Part shown: piece by piece, positions 46,105 to 55,461 of the stretch | Layout of the letters: the number at the start of each line of letters is the position of its first letter | Position numbering within the stretch: the stretch's first letter is position 1 | Virus record (IMG/VR): IMGVR_UViG_3300021961_008712 | Span: 1 to 64,000 of that record | Reading direction: 5' to 3' (one strand) | Length of the DNA: 64,000 nt | DNA from: a virus | Made by a program: the position numbers and the translations under genes | Notes under the pieces: model-generated | Seen by the model: only the letters and a program-made list of their open reading frames with translations | What the model was told of the DNA's origin: nothing | The model's database searches: none

Positions 46105-48891
46105 ATGAGAATTGATAGCCCAATAATGACCAACGCCGTTGCCACCGGCTCATTTAAAGGATCTTTTAGCGGATCATTTGAAGGAGATATTCAAGCCGAT
46201 TCGGTAGCATATGCAAACGTAACAGGTAAACCAACCTTAGTATCTGGTTCAAGTCAAATTGTATTTACTGAGATTGCCCCTAACGGAATTATTTCCGGTT
46301 CAGCATCTGATGCTAGAACTCAACTAGGTGTTGCAATTGGAACAGATGTACAGGCTTACCACCAAAACCTTAACGATATTTCAGGACTAAATGTTTCTGA
46401 TAGTAATTTTATTGTAGGTAATGGATCTGCTTTTGTAGCTGAATCTGGAGCAACTGCAAGAGCGTCATTAGGTTTAGGAGACTTTGCAACTATCAGCTCA
46501 TTAGCATATGCTGATCTAACTAGCATTCCTAGCGGAATCGTTTCTTCTTCCGCTCAAATAGACGAATTATTTAATGTAGATGGATTAATCTCAGGTTCAT
46601 CTCTATCTTCTGCGGCACAAGGTGAAGTAACTCTTACAACAAACGGAGTTGCTGCAACAGCTACAGATTTAGGTCTTCAAACTTCTGACTCTCCTACCTT
46701 CGCTGGTTTAACAGTTAATGGCGCTATCACAGTAACTGGAAACGTAGACGGCAGAGATGTAGCAGCAGATGGTACTAAATTAGATGGTATTGAAGCAAAT
46801 GCTGATGTAACCGATTCTACCAATGTACAAGCAGCTGGCGCGTTAATGGATTCAGAAGTAACTAATCTAGCTCAAGTTAAAGCATTCAACTCAGCTGATT
46901 ACGCAACCGCAGCTCAAGGTACTACAGCAGATGCAGCACTTCCTAAAGCAGGAGGTACGATGACAGGTAACATTACCTTCTCTGGTGCACAGACAGTAGA
47001 TGGTAGAGATTTATCAGCAGACGGTACAAAGTTAGACGGAATTGAAGCAGGTGCAGATGTAACAGATAATGCAAATGTAACTGCTGCAGGTGCATTAATG
47101 GATTCTGAATTAACTTCTTTATCTGGAGTTAAAACACTTACAGTTCCAGACAACACTACAATCTCTACCTTCGGTAAGAGTTTAGTAGACGATGCCGATG
47201 CAGGTGCTGCTAGAACAACTCTAGGAGTAGATGCAGCAGGAACTGATAACTCAACTGATGTTACTTTAGCTGGTACAAGAGACTATATAACAATAGCAGG
47301 TCAAGTTATCACTAGAAATGTAATTGATATTTCTGACGATACTAACCTTGCAGTTTCAGATACAACTGGACAAACAGGTATTAACTTAACATTATCAGGA
47401 GATACTATCTCAGGTGTAGTAAGCGGTTTAACGACTACATCTAACGTAACATTTGGAAGTTTAACTCTTTCCGGTGACTTAACAGTTAACGGTGATACAG
47501 TATCGTTAAATGCTACTAACCTAAGAGTTGAAGATAAATTAATCTCTTTAAATAGAGGTGGATCAACTGCCGCTTCTTCTGATGGTGGTGGATTTTTCTT
47601 GAGTGGATCTAATCAATCATTCACTTGGGATAATGGAAATACAAGATGGGCGTTATCTAATTCTTTATACGTACCTGGTAGTATTACTGTTACAGGAACA
47701 GTAGACGGCAGAGATGTAGCAGCAGATGGGACTAAATTAGACGGTATCGAAGCAGGTGCAACTGGTGATCAGACAGCAGCTGAAATTAGAACTTTAGTTG
47801 AATCAGCTACTGATTCTAATGTATTTACAGATGCTGACCATTCTAAACTTGACGGTATTGCAGCAAGTGCTAACAACTACACTCACCCATCGTATACTGC
47901 AAGAAGTGTTGACACTACAGGTGCTGAAGTATTAGATACATTTACCTCGGACACTAGCGGTCACGTTACTGCTATTACCAAGCGTACAATGACATTAGCA
48001 GACCTTGGATACTCAGGAGCTACGAACGCAGATAACTACTCATCTTGGACTATTAGAGACGGAGATACTACTACCTATACTATTACATCAGGAGACACAT
48101 TACAAATTGCTGCCGGTACAGGTATTACCTCTAACTTTACAGCAGATGATGTACTTACTATTACTAACACTGCCCCTGATCAAACAGTATCGTTAACAGC
48201 AGGATCTAACGTAACTATTACTGGTACTTATCCTAACTTTACAATCGCATCAACTGATACTAATACAGTTTATACTCACCCATCGTATACTGCAAGAAGT
48301 ATTGACACTGCAGGAGCTGAAGTATTAGATGTATTTACATCAGATACTAGCGGACACGTTACAAGCGTCACTAAACGTACAATGACATTAGCAGACCTTG
48401 GATACTCAGGAGCTACTAATGCGAACTATATTACAAATAACAACCAGTTAACTAACGGTGCTGGTTATACCACATATTCTGCTAACCAGACTCTAGACAA
48501 TACATCAAACGTTCACTTTGAAGGTTTAATGGTGGGTCAAACAACAGGAGCAACTGCTAACACTATTCGATGTGTTGGAGATATCGTAGCATACTATTCT
48601 TCTGATGCACAATTTAAAGACAATGTAACTCAATTAGAAGGAGCTCTTGATAAGGTTAAGCAAATTAGAGGTGTAAGCTTCGATTGGAATGATAAGCAAG
48701 ATGTATACGAAGGACATGATATCGGAGTTATCGCCCAAGAAGTAGAAGCAGTATACCCAGAATTAGTACATTACAGAGAGCATAATGACTCTAAAGCAGT
48801 AGATTACGTTAAACTAACTGCTGTATTAATCGAAGCTGTAAAAGAATTATCGGCTAAGGTTGATGCTTTAGAGAGCAAATGCAACTGTTAA
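46105..48891 (+). CDS. Long tail fibre with S74 chaperone domain
   Basis: VDGRDxxADGTKLDGIEA repeats; SSDAQFKDNV...GVIAQEVE...VDYVKL. Confidence 0.85.
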   Translation: MRIDSPIMTNAVATGSFKGSFSGSFEGDIQADSVAYANVTGKPTLVSGSSQIVFTEIAPNGIISGSASDARTQLGVAIGTDVQAYHQNLNDISGLNVSDSNFIVGNGSAFVAESGATARASLGLGDFATISSLAYADLTSIPSGIVSSSAQIDELFNVDGLISGSSLSSAAQGEVTLTTNGVAATATDLGLQTSDSPTFAGLTVNGAITVTGNVDGRDVAADGTKLDGIEANADVTDSTNVQAAGALMDSEVTNLAQVKAFNSADYATAAQGTTADAALPKAGGTMTGNITFSGAQTVDGRDLSADGTKLDGIEAGADVTDNANVTAAGALMDSELTSLSGVKTLTVPDNTTISTFGKSLVDDADAGAARTTLGVDAAGTDNSTDVTLAGTRDYITIAGQVITRNVIDISDDTNLAVSDTTGQTGINLTLSGDTISGVVSGLTTTSNVTFGSLTLSGDLTVNGDTVSLNATNLRVEDKLISLNRGGSTAASSDGGGFFLSGSNQSFTWDNGNTRWALSNSLYVPGSITVTGTVDGRDVAADGTKLDGIEAGATGDQTAAEIRTLVESATDSNVFTDADHSKLDGIAASANNYTHPSYTARSVDTTGAEVLDTFTSDTSGHVTAITKRTMTLADLGYSGATNADNYSSWTIRDGDTTTYTITSGDTLQIAAGTGITSNFTADDVLTITNTAPDQTVSLTAGSNVTITGTYPNFTIASTDTNTVYTHPSYTARSIDTAGAEVLDVFTSDTSGHVTSVTKRTMTLADLGYSGATNANYITNNNQLTNGAGYTTYSANQTLDNTSNVHFEGLMVGQTTGATANTIRCVGDIVAYYSSDAQFKDNVTQLEGALDKVKQIRGVSFDWNDKQDVYEGHDIGVIAQEVEAVYPELVHYREHNDSKAVDYVKLTAVLIEAVKELSAKVDALESKCNC
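47881..48416 (+). repeat. 143-bp in-frame direct repeat (47881-48023 and 48274-48416)
   Basis: THPSYTARSxDTxGAEVLDxFTSDTSGHVTxxTKRTMTLADLGYSGAT occurs twice. Confidence 0.9.
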
Positions 48892-48905
48892 AATAAAATA
48901 AAATA

Positions 48906-49454
48906 ATGGGTTTTAAATTAAACGTAGATTTAGAAACAAGTTCTGGACCAACACAAGAAGCGTATATTAGAATTGATAATTACCGCTTCAATAAAGTGAC
49001 AAGTGAGATTGTCTTAACTACTACATCGTGGTTAGATATAGATAAGGCTCATAACTTTAACAGGCAGTATTTAGAAGAGCCGTTAAAGAACGCTGTTGGT
49101 CTAATAGGTGCAGAAGTGTTGTACTATCCTGATGCGGAAAGCGAAGGAGAGGAAATAACAATTCCAAATGTTTTTAAAGCAAACGTTGTAGTAGAACAAG
49201 AAGTAGAGTTTAATACTTACAAAGAGGTAGAAAAACTAGTTCAAGTTCCATATGTTAGTTTCGACTTCAATGGAGACGAGATTACAAAGTATAAAGATGA
49301 GATAGTAGTAGAAAAAGAAATCGCATCTAGTTATAAAGAAGTAAGGAAGGTTATTGATCCAAGCGTTATTAGTAATTTGTATGAATATTCATACGGTGTT
49401 GTAAAACAGAATTTAAAAAAACTGTTTCCAGAAGAAACAATAGAAAAAATTTAA
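48906..49454 (+). CDS. Hypothetical protein (possible fibre assembly protein)
   Basis: Follows the fibre gene; acidic. Confidence 0.5.
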   Translation: MGFKLNVDLETSSGPTQEAYIRIDNYRFNKVTSEIVLTTTSWLDIDKAHNFNRQYLEEPLKNAVGLIGAEVLYYPDAESEGEEITIPNVFKANVVVEQEVEFNTYKEVEKLVQVPYVSFDFNGDEITKYKDEIVVEKEIASSYKEVRKVIDPSVISNLYEYSYGVVKQNLKKLFPEETIEKI

Positions 49455-49457
49455 AAC

Positions 49458-49940
49458 ATGGCAGTAGCAGCATACTCAACAACTAATATAAGCTGGAGCT
49501 CATTTGATACTTGGTCTACCCAGTACGCTAGTGATAGCAATATCTCATTAGCTACAGTAATGTCAAACCTACAACCTGCAGATTCAGCACCTTACGCAGC
49601 ATCGGAATTACGTTCTAATGCATTTCTTTACGGAACTGTTATTGCAGGAACCGGAGGTACAGTCGCTGTTACTTCAGGATATACAGAAGCTGCTACGTCT
49701 TCTTTTACTCTTAAAAACGTTAACTTTGCTTCAGTTGCATCTGTAACAATTACAGCAACCGCATCATATCCTTATACTTTTCATTCCTTTAGAACTGCTG
49801 CATCTGGCGGTGGTACAGAATTAAGTACTACAGGACAAGGAACTACATCAGGAACTATTACATTAACATCCGGCACTCATACAGGTGTTGGTACATTCTA
49901 CGCTTACTTTACTACAACTCACGTCGACCCAGCTAGTTAA
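49458..49940 (+). CDS. S/T-rich structural protein
   Basis: Composition and context. Confidence 0.55.
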   Translation: MAVAAYSTTNISWSSFDTWSTQYASDSNISLATVMSNLQPADSAPYAASELRSNAFLYGTVIAGTGGTVAVTSGYTEAATSSFTLKNVNFASVASVTITATASYPYTFHSFRTAASGGGTELSTTGQGTTSGTITLTSGTHTGVGTFYAYFTTTHVDPAS

Positions 49941-49959
49941 TAACTAAAAGAAAACGGTT

Positions 49960-50817
49960 TTGAAAGTAATATGGGTTTATGAGAATATTAAGAGAGAACT
50001 ATCTGCATTCAGTAAGTTCAATATCTTAGTTATGCTTGCATCTGCAAGCTTATGGAAAAAGAACCATCCCGAAGACCGTACTGTTCTCTACTGTGATCCC
50101 TTCACATATGACTTCTATAAATCTATAGGAGTTCTTTCTATATATGATGAAGTAGAAATATTAGCTTTTGATAATCAGATTGATAAAAAAACTTTTTGGG
50201 CTAGTTCTAAGCTAGAAGTACTATCAAGACAGACTGAACCCATTATTATAATGGATGGAGATACTTTAGTTTTCAAAAGAGTAAAAGAGTTAATAAACCC
50301 TAATGAGGTGATGGTAAGTAATTTTGAAATAGGAAGAGGCTACTATCCTACTTCAATAGATCCATATATAAGAAAATTATCTTACAGACCAAGATGGAAA
50401 ACTGATTCGGTTAATGTATCATTTCTTCACCTACCAGACCCGGAGTTCACTCAGTATTATGCCAAACTCAGCCTACAGTTAATGGATGAGTTTACAAAAA
50501 TGGAAGCTCCAAATTCCAAATATTTAATTTTTGCAGAACAACTGCTACTTAAACATTTATTAGATAAGCATGATATACCTCATCGAGGTATGTTATCTAC
50601 TGCTTGGGACTGCGATGCATGGGAATGGAGTAAAACAGAACTTAGCGGACTATGGACTATAAAAGATTCTTGGAAGTACTATAACCACTACGGTCCTTTA
50701 AAGCAATGGTACAAAGCAGATGACCCTGGATTTCCTTACAAAAAAGAGATAGATATGTTGCTTAATTGCATTAATTTTCATAAATTAATAGACTTAAGTA
50801 TGATAGAGAAACCATGA
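49960..50817 (+). CDS. GT-A-like nucleotide-sugar transferase
   Basis: FWASSKL...EPIIIMDGD (DxD), VNVSF, AEQ. Confidence 0.55.
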   Translation: MKVIWVYENIKRELSAFSKFNILVMLASASLWKKNHPEDRTVLYCDPFTYDFYKSIGVLSIYDEVEILAFDNQIDKKTFWASSKLEVLSRQTEPIIIMDGDTLVFKRVKELINPNEVMVSNFEIGRGYYPTSIDPYIRKLSYRPRWKTDSVNVSFLHLPDPEFTQYYAKLSLQLMDEFTKMEAPNSKYLIFAEQLLLKHLLDKHDIPHRGMLSTAWDCDAWEWSKTELSGLWTIKDSWKYYNHYGPLKQWYKADDPGFPYKKEIDMLLNCINFHKLIDLSMIEKP

Positions 50818-51608
50818 GCATAGTTGATAAGAATTTTGTTTACGATAAGATTACGAATAATCAAGTTTATAAAAAAGCACCAAGTGGTGAGATTATTATT
50901 GACTATGAAAGAGTTAAGTATGCATGGGCACATGGAGCAACACGTTACCACTTAGGAGATGGTCTATTAGTATACTCTATCATTCAATTTATGAGAGCAA
51001 AGAACTGTGTATGTTTAGGCTCTGGAGGAGGCTTTATTCCTCGTATTATGACACAGGCAAGACTAGATCTATATGATCAAGAAATATTTGAAGGTAATTC
51101 AGATTTTAATTGGGGAGATATCGGTGCAACTTTTATCGTAGATGCAGCAAACGGAGTAGGAGGAAACGTAGACTGGCTAGAAGAAGATTCATTTTTCAGA
51201 AACATATTTCATCCTAGAGTTATAAACGATACAACTGAAAATGCATTTTATAATTTTTTCGTAAAAGAGGATATTAAAATTGATTATCTTCATATTGACG
51301 CAGGACATTCGTTTGAGGATGTTAAAAGAGATTTTGAGCTATATAAAAACATATTATCTGATTACGGAGTAATATCAATACACGATACAGATAGGTCTTA
51401 TGAAAAATCCTATATAGTTTCTAAAGATATTAAAGATCAAAATCACCATGATGAATTTGCTTCTGGTCCTGCTGACTTAGTTGACTTACTTAAGAATGAT
51501 CCGAACTTTGAAGTTTTTAACTTTTTCAATAACGGAGCATTAAAAACTAAACCTTCTTCAACAGGATTCACACTAGTTAAGAAATCATTTCCTAACGTAT
51601 CGTTATAA
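50814..51608 (+). CDS. Class I SAM-dependent methyltransferase (Methyltransf_24-like)
   Basis: VCLGSGGG; IDYLHIDAGHSFEDVKRDF; GVISIHD. Confidence 0.85.
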   Translation: MSIVDKNFVYDKITNNQVYKKAPSGEIIIDYERVKYAWAHGATRYHLGDGLLVYSIIQFMRAKNCVCLGSGGGFIPRIMTQARLDLYDQEIFEGNSDFNWGDIGATFIVDAANGVGGNVDWLEEDSFFRNIFHPRVINDTTENAFYNFFVKEDIKIDYLHIDAGHSFEDVKRDFELYKNILSDYGVISIHDTDRSYEKSYIVSKDIKDQNHHDEFASGPADLVDLLKNDPNFEVFNFFNNGALKTKPSSTGFTLVKKSFPNVSL

Positions 51609-52453
51609 TGTTAAATTTAGTTACAGTAGTAGGGAAAAATACTCATATGCTACCGCATATGCTTAACCACTATAAAAATATAGTAGCACCTGAAAACATA
51701 CACGTAGCAGTATATAGACACTCAGACGATGACGGCATCCTAGAGGAAATAGAAGAACTAGGTATTATTCCATTTAGAGTTTATACACACGAAAAATACA
51801 ACTGGGAGAAAGTAACAGACATCTACAATGAAATCAAATCTACCAAGCCAAATGAATGGTGGATAGTATCTGATGATGATGAACTACAAGTATATCCTTA
51901 CGCAGTAGAAGACATAATAGAAGCATGTGAGAGAAACGGTTATGACTTTGTCACAGGTGGGTTCATAGATAGAATAGGTATAGATGGTACTTTTCCTTTT
52001 GTGGACAGAGACACAAATATACACAAAACTTTTCCTTTGGCTTCTTTCTTTAGATATCATATGTCTGGAGCATGTCCTAACAAATGTACCTTAATGAAAG
52101 GTTATCAAAAAGTAACACCAGGACAACACTATGCCCTATTCTCCGATGGTTCAAATAGCTGGGGTAAAAGCCATCCTAGAAGGATGCCGGTGGATGAAGT
52201 ATTTACCCAAGTTCATCATTTTAAATGGGATAAGAGCTGTGTAGATAGAATACAGGAGGTAGCAGAGATTAAAAAAGATTATGCATTTTCAAAAGAGTAT
52301 AACAAAATGTATAGAGCTATTGCTAGAAATGACTGGAAAATAGATATCAATAATTCTTTATACTTAGTTGCTGAACTGAAAGAAAGTTCGTATATTGAGT
52401 ATATGGACTATCCATACTGGGATGAGCTTAGAAATTTAATTATAACTATATGA
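51608..52453 (+). CDS. Glycosyltransferase family 2-like
   Basis: LPHMLNHY, EWWIVSDDDEL, GQH, VHHFKW. Confidence 0.7.
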   Translation: MLNLVTVVGKNTHMLPHMLNHYKNIVAPENIHVAVYRHSDDDGILEEIEELGIIPFRVYTHEKYNWEKVTDIYNEIKSTKPNEWWIVSDDDELQVYPYAVEDIIEACERNGYDFVTGGFIDRIGIDGTFPFVDRDTNIHKTFPLASFFRYHMSGACPNKCTLMKGYQKVTPGQHYALFSDGSNSWGKSHPRRMPVDEVFTQVHHFKWDKSCVDRIQEVAEIKKDYAFSKEYNKMYRAIARNDWKIDINNSLYLVAELKESSYIEYMDYPYWDELRNLIITI

Positions 52454-52650
52454 GTGCACAAACAGAAATTAATTTAGATCAAGAAAAACTTCTCATTGAA
52501 GAGAGAAAAGTTAAAGCATTAGAAAAAATTGCTATGTCTTTAGACGCATTAACTGTATGGTTTGAAGAAATAGATAAAGAAGATTGGGATAGTAGAATCC
52601 AATTCTATTTAGCGGAATGGCATAAAAATCTTGTAGAAGGACAAAAATAG
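52450..52650 (+). CDS. Small hypothetical protein
   Basis: ATGA coupling; ORF track. Confidence 0.55.
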   Translation: MSAQTEINLDQEKLLIEERKVKALEKIAMSLDALTVWFEEIDKEDWDSRIQFYLAEWHKNLVEGQK

Positions 52651-52651
52651 T

Positions 52652-54049
52652 ATGCTAAAGAAACTTGGAGTTATTGTACCGTATAGAAATAGGTATGAGC
52701 ATCTCTTAAAGTTTAAAATGGCTATTCAAGCTAAACTCTATGAAGCTAAAATTCCTTACGAATTAATTGTTGTAGAGCAAGATGATAGCGCTAACTTTAA
52801 TAGAGGTAAGCTACTTAATGTCGGTTTTATTGAAGCAGAAAAGCTAGGGTGTGATTACGTTTGTTTTCATGACGTAGATATGATACCTCAAAAAGTAGAC
52901 TATTCATACTGCGATCATCCTATACACTTAGCTACACAAGATATTCCATTTGATGAATACTTTGGAGGTATTACTATGTTTCCCCTAGATGATTTCAAAA
53001 AAATAAATGGTTTTTCAAATAAATACTGGGGATGGGGTTTTGAAGACGATGACTTGCTTTGGAGATGTAAGATAAAAGGCGTTATGTTAAACTCAATCAA
53101 AGTAACTGATGCTGGTACTAGTGGTGCTGCTTTAAAGTTTAACGGAAACTCTTCTTATGTTAAGCTTCCTAATACCATTCGGACTAGAGGAGATTTTAGT
53201 ATACTTGTGTCGATGGAACCAACAGACATTACTCTTGATCCAAATGCGAGAGAAGATAAGTATGTAGCTTTTGGTATTCCCGGGTTTGACTTTAACATTA
53301 TGTACACCAGCTTTCGTAGATTTGCTGTAGAATTTTTTGATGCAAGAAAACAACACCAGTTTGCATTCTCTAATATTATACCATTAGTTAAAGCTAATTT
53401 ATTTATTACCTATAGTAAAGATAGAAACGAACTTAACTTTTTCCATAATACCAATCTGATAAAAAAAGTAGAGTTAGAAAAACCTCTTTATTTATATATG
53501 AAAGAGGAACATATGTACTTAGGATGCTCAGACCCAAAAAGAAAAGAAGAAAATAACTGGTTTAGAGGAGTTATTAATCAGTTTGCTGCTTGGGATAAAG
53601 AATTAACTTTTGATGAAATTCAAGATATCACAGATAATAATTACTTTGGATTAGCAGATAACTTTAAAAACTATCAATCTGCAGGCAATTTGACTTCTTA
53701 TTATGATGCTAAATTTATTAAGAAATACAAACTAATAGACATGTCCGATACTGCTATAGACGGAGAAATTGTAGACTGTGAATTAGTAGCGTACGACTTA
53801 CCAAAAATGAAAAGAATGTCTATTCCTTATAGAAGAGATAGTAAATATAGAACTCTAAACCACGAACACGAAGGATTCTTAAATACAGGATGGAAAGATA
53901 TTACAACAAGATACAACCAATTAAAGTTTATGAACGAAGTTATGAGAGGGTATGGTATGCCAGAGGAAGATGGTCTTACTACCTGTAAGTACAGGCTATT
54001 ATCTCATTCTAAAGTCGGAAACTTAACACAATTAATAGCACACTTATGA
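52652..54049 (+). CDS. GT7 (beta-1,4-galactosyltransferase-like) with inserted LamG domain
   Basis: VPYRNR, FNRGKLLNVG, FHDVD, NGFSNKYWGWGFEDDDL; then LKFNGNSSYV...FRGVINQFAAWDKELT. Confidence 0.85.
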   Translation: MLKKLGVIVPYRNRYEHLLKFKMAIQAKLYEAKIPYELIVVEQDDSANFNRGKLLNVGFIEAEKLGCDYVCFHDVDMIPQKVDYSYCDHPIHLATQDIPFDEYFGGITMFPLDDFKKINGFSNKYWGWGFEDDDLLWRCKIKGVMLNSIKVTDAGTSGAALKFNGNSSYVKLPNTIRTRGDFSILVSMEPTDITLDPNAREDKYVAFGIPGFDFNIMYTSFRRFAVEFFDARKQHQFAFSNIIPLVKANLFITYSKDRNELNFFHNTNLIKKVELEKPLYLYMKEEHMYLGCSDPKRKEENNWFRGVINQFAAWDKELTFDEIQDITDNNYFGLADNFKNYQSAGNLTSYYDAKFIKKYKLIDMSDTAIDGEIVDCELVAYDLPKMKRMSIPYRRDSKYRTLNHEHEGFLNTGWKDITTRYNQLKFMNEVMRGYGMPEEDGLTTCKYRLLSHSKVGNLTQLIAHL

Positions 54050-55461
54050 AATTAGGAGTATGTGTTCCGTACAGAAATAGAGAAGCTCACTTAAATGAGT
54101 TTGTACCGAAAGTAGGGAAGTACTTAAAAAGTCAAGGTATAGACTTTTGTATGTATTTTGCTCATCAGGTAGATGATAAACTTTTTAATAGAGGAGCTAC
54201 CAAAAATATTGCTGCTAAACATGCATTTCAAGACGGATGTGATTATATAGTATGGCATGATATAGATATGATACCTGAAGAAAATGGAGGAGCAGATTAT
54301 AGTTTTCCCACAGAAGGCCCTAGACATATTGCTACTCAGATTTCTCAAATGGATTACCAGCTTAAGTATCATGAATACTTTGGAGGAGCAGTTTTATTCA
54401 GCAAAGAACAAGTACTAGCTACTAATGGGTATTCAAATGACTACTGGGATTGGGGAATGGAAGATGATGATTTATTTTGGAGATGTCAGTTAGAAGGGCT
54501 TACAAATCAGACTTATATAGACAAAAAAATTGAAGGTCAGTATTTTAAAAGATTTGATGGAGATAAATCATTTATAAAAGTTCCATTTCAGAGAGAGATG
54601 AGATCCTTAAATTCTAGATCTCATACACTTTCTGTACTACTCCGTGCTAGGCAACAACCAGAAAAAAATCCTATATTTCTTATTGGAAGTAATAAAAGAA
54701 AGTATGTAGAATATCCTGTTGTTAGAGTGAAAGGGTACGACTACGGAATTGGATTTAACAACTCAAGAACAGTTTCTCTAACCTATTGGAATACATTCCA
54801 TCAACATAACTACATGTGGGTTAAAAGGTACGATGAGCAATGGACTTGGGTAACAGCTGTATTCGATAGTTTTGAAAGAAAATCTCACTTCTACCTGAAC
54901 GGCTCAGAGGTTGATTCTAGAGGAGGTTATGGTACGCATTCACCATTATCGTTTACTGGAAGACTTAAAAATTACGGTACAGAAGATTGGTACATAGGAA
55001 CCTCACCTTCAGAACCAGATGATAGTACAGTTAAGTACTTTAAAGGAGATATTGCAAAAGTATATGCCTGGAAGCGTCCTCTTTCTACAAAAGAAGTGGC
55101 AAATTTACATAATGAACTACCTACTGATGATTTAGTTATTGATCTAGATTTTAACAATCCTAAATCAGAATTTTTTGAATACGGTACAGAAGATAGAAAA
55201 GAAGATATATTAGTACCTAATTCTATTTTACCACATAGAATAGAAGGAAAGTTTAGATGTTTACCTCATCCTGATGAAGGTATAGTAAATGGAAAATTTG
55301 TCAAAGGTGAAACAACTGCTAGAAACGAACAAAGATATGTTCTTCAAATGCAGCAAGAAAAAATAAATTATAAAGAAGACGGTATAAAGCAAGTTCAATA
55401 TGAATTAGTTAGCGAAGAGCTGCTTACTCCTTGGGCTAAAATGATTAATATTAAATTATGA
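54046..55461 (+). CDS. GT7 glycosyltransferase with inserted LamG domain (paralog)
   Basis: VPYRNR, FNRG, WHDID, WDWGMEDDDL; FDGDKSFI...FKGDIAKVYAWKRPLS. Confidence 0.85.
   Translation: MKLGVCVPYRNREAHLNEFVPKVGKYLKSQGIDFCMYFAHQVDDKLFNRGATKNIAAKHAFQDGCDYIVWHDIDMIPEENGGADYSFPTEGPRHIATQISQMDYQLKYHEYFGGAVLFSKEQVLATNGYSNDYWDWGMEDDDLFWRCQLEGLTNQTYIDKKIEGQYFKRFDGDKSFIKVPFQREMRSLNSRSHTLSVLLRARQQPEKNPIFLIGSNKRKYVEYPVVRVKGYDYGIGFNNSRTVSLTYWNTFHQHNYMWVKRYDEQWTWVTAVFDSFERKSHFYLNGSEVDSRGGYGTHSPLSFTGRLKNYGTEDWYIGTSPSEPDDSTVKYFKGDIAKVYAWKRPLSTKEVANLHNELPTDDLVIDLDFNNPKSEFFEYGTEDRKEDILVPNSILPHRIEGKFRCLPHPDEGIVNGKFVKGETTARNEQRYVLQMQQEKINYKEDGIKQVQYELVSEELLTPWAKMINIKL

Noticed and set aside
47881-48416. 143-bp repeat pair as a DGR template/variable region
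   Set aside because: Mismatches include non-adenine changes (C/T) and occur in both directions, both copies are in-frame coding, and there is no reverse transcriptase in the window.
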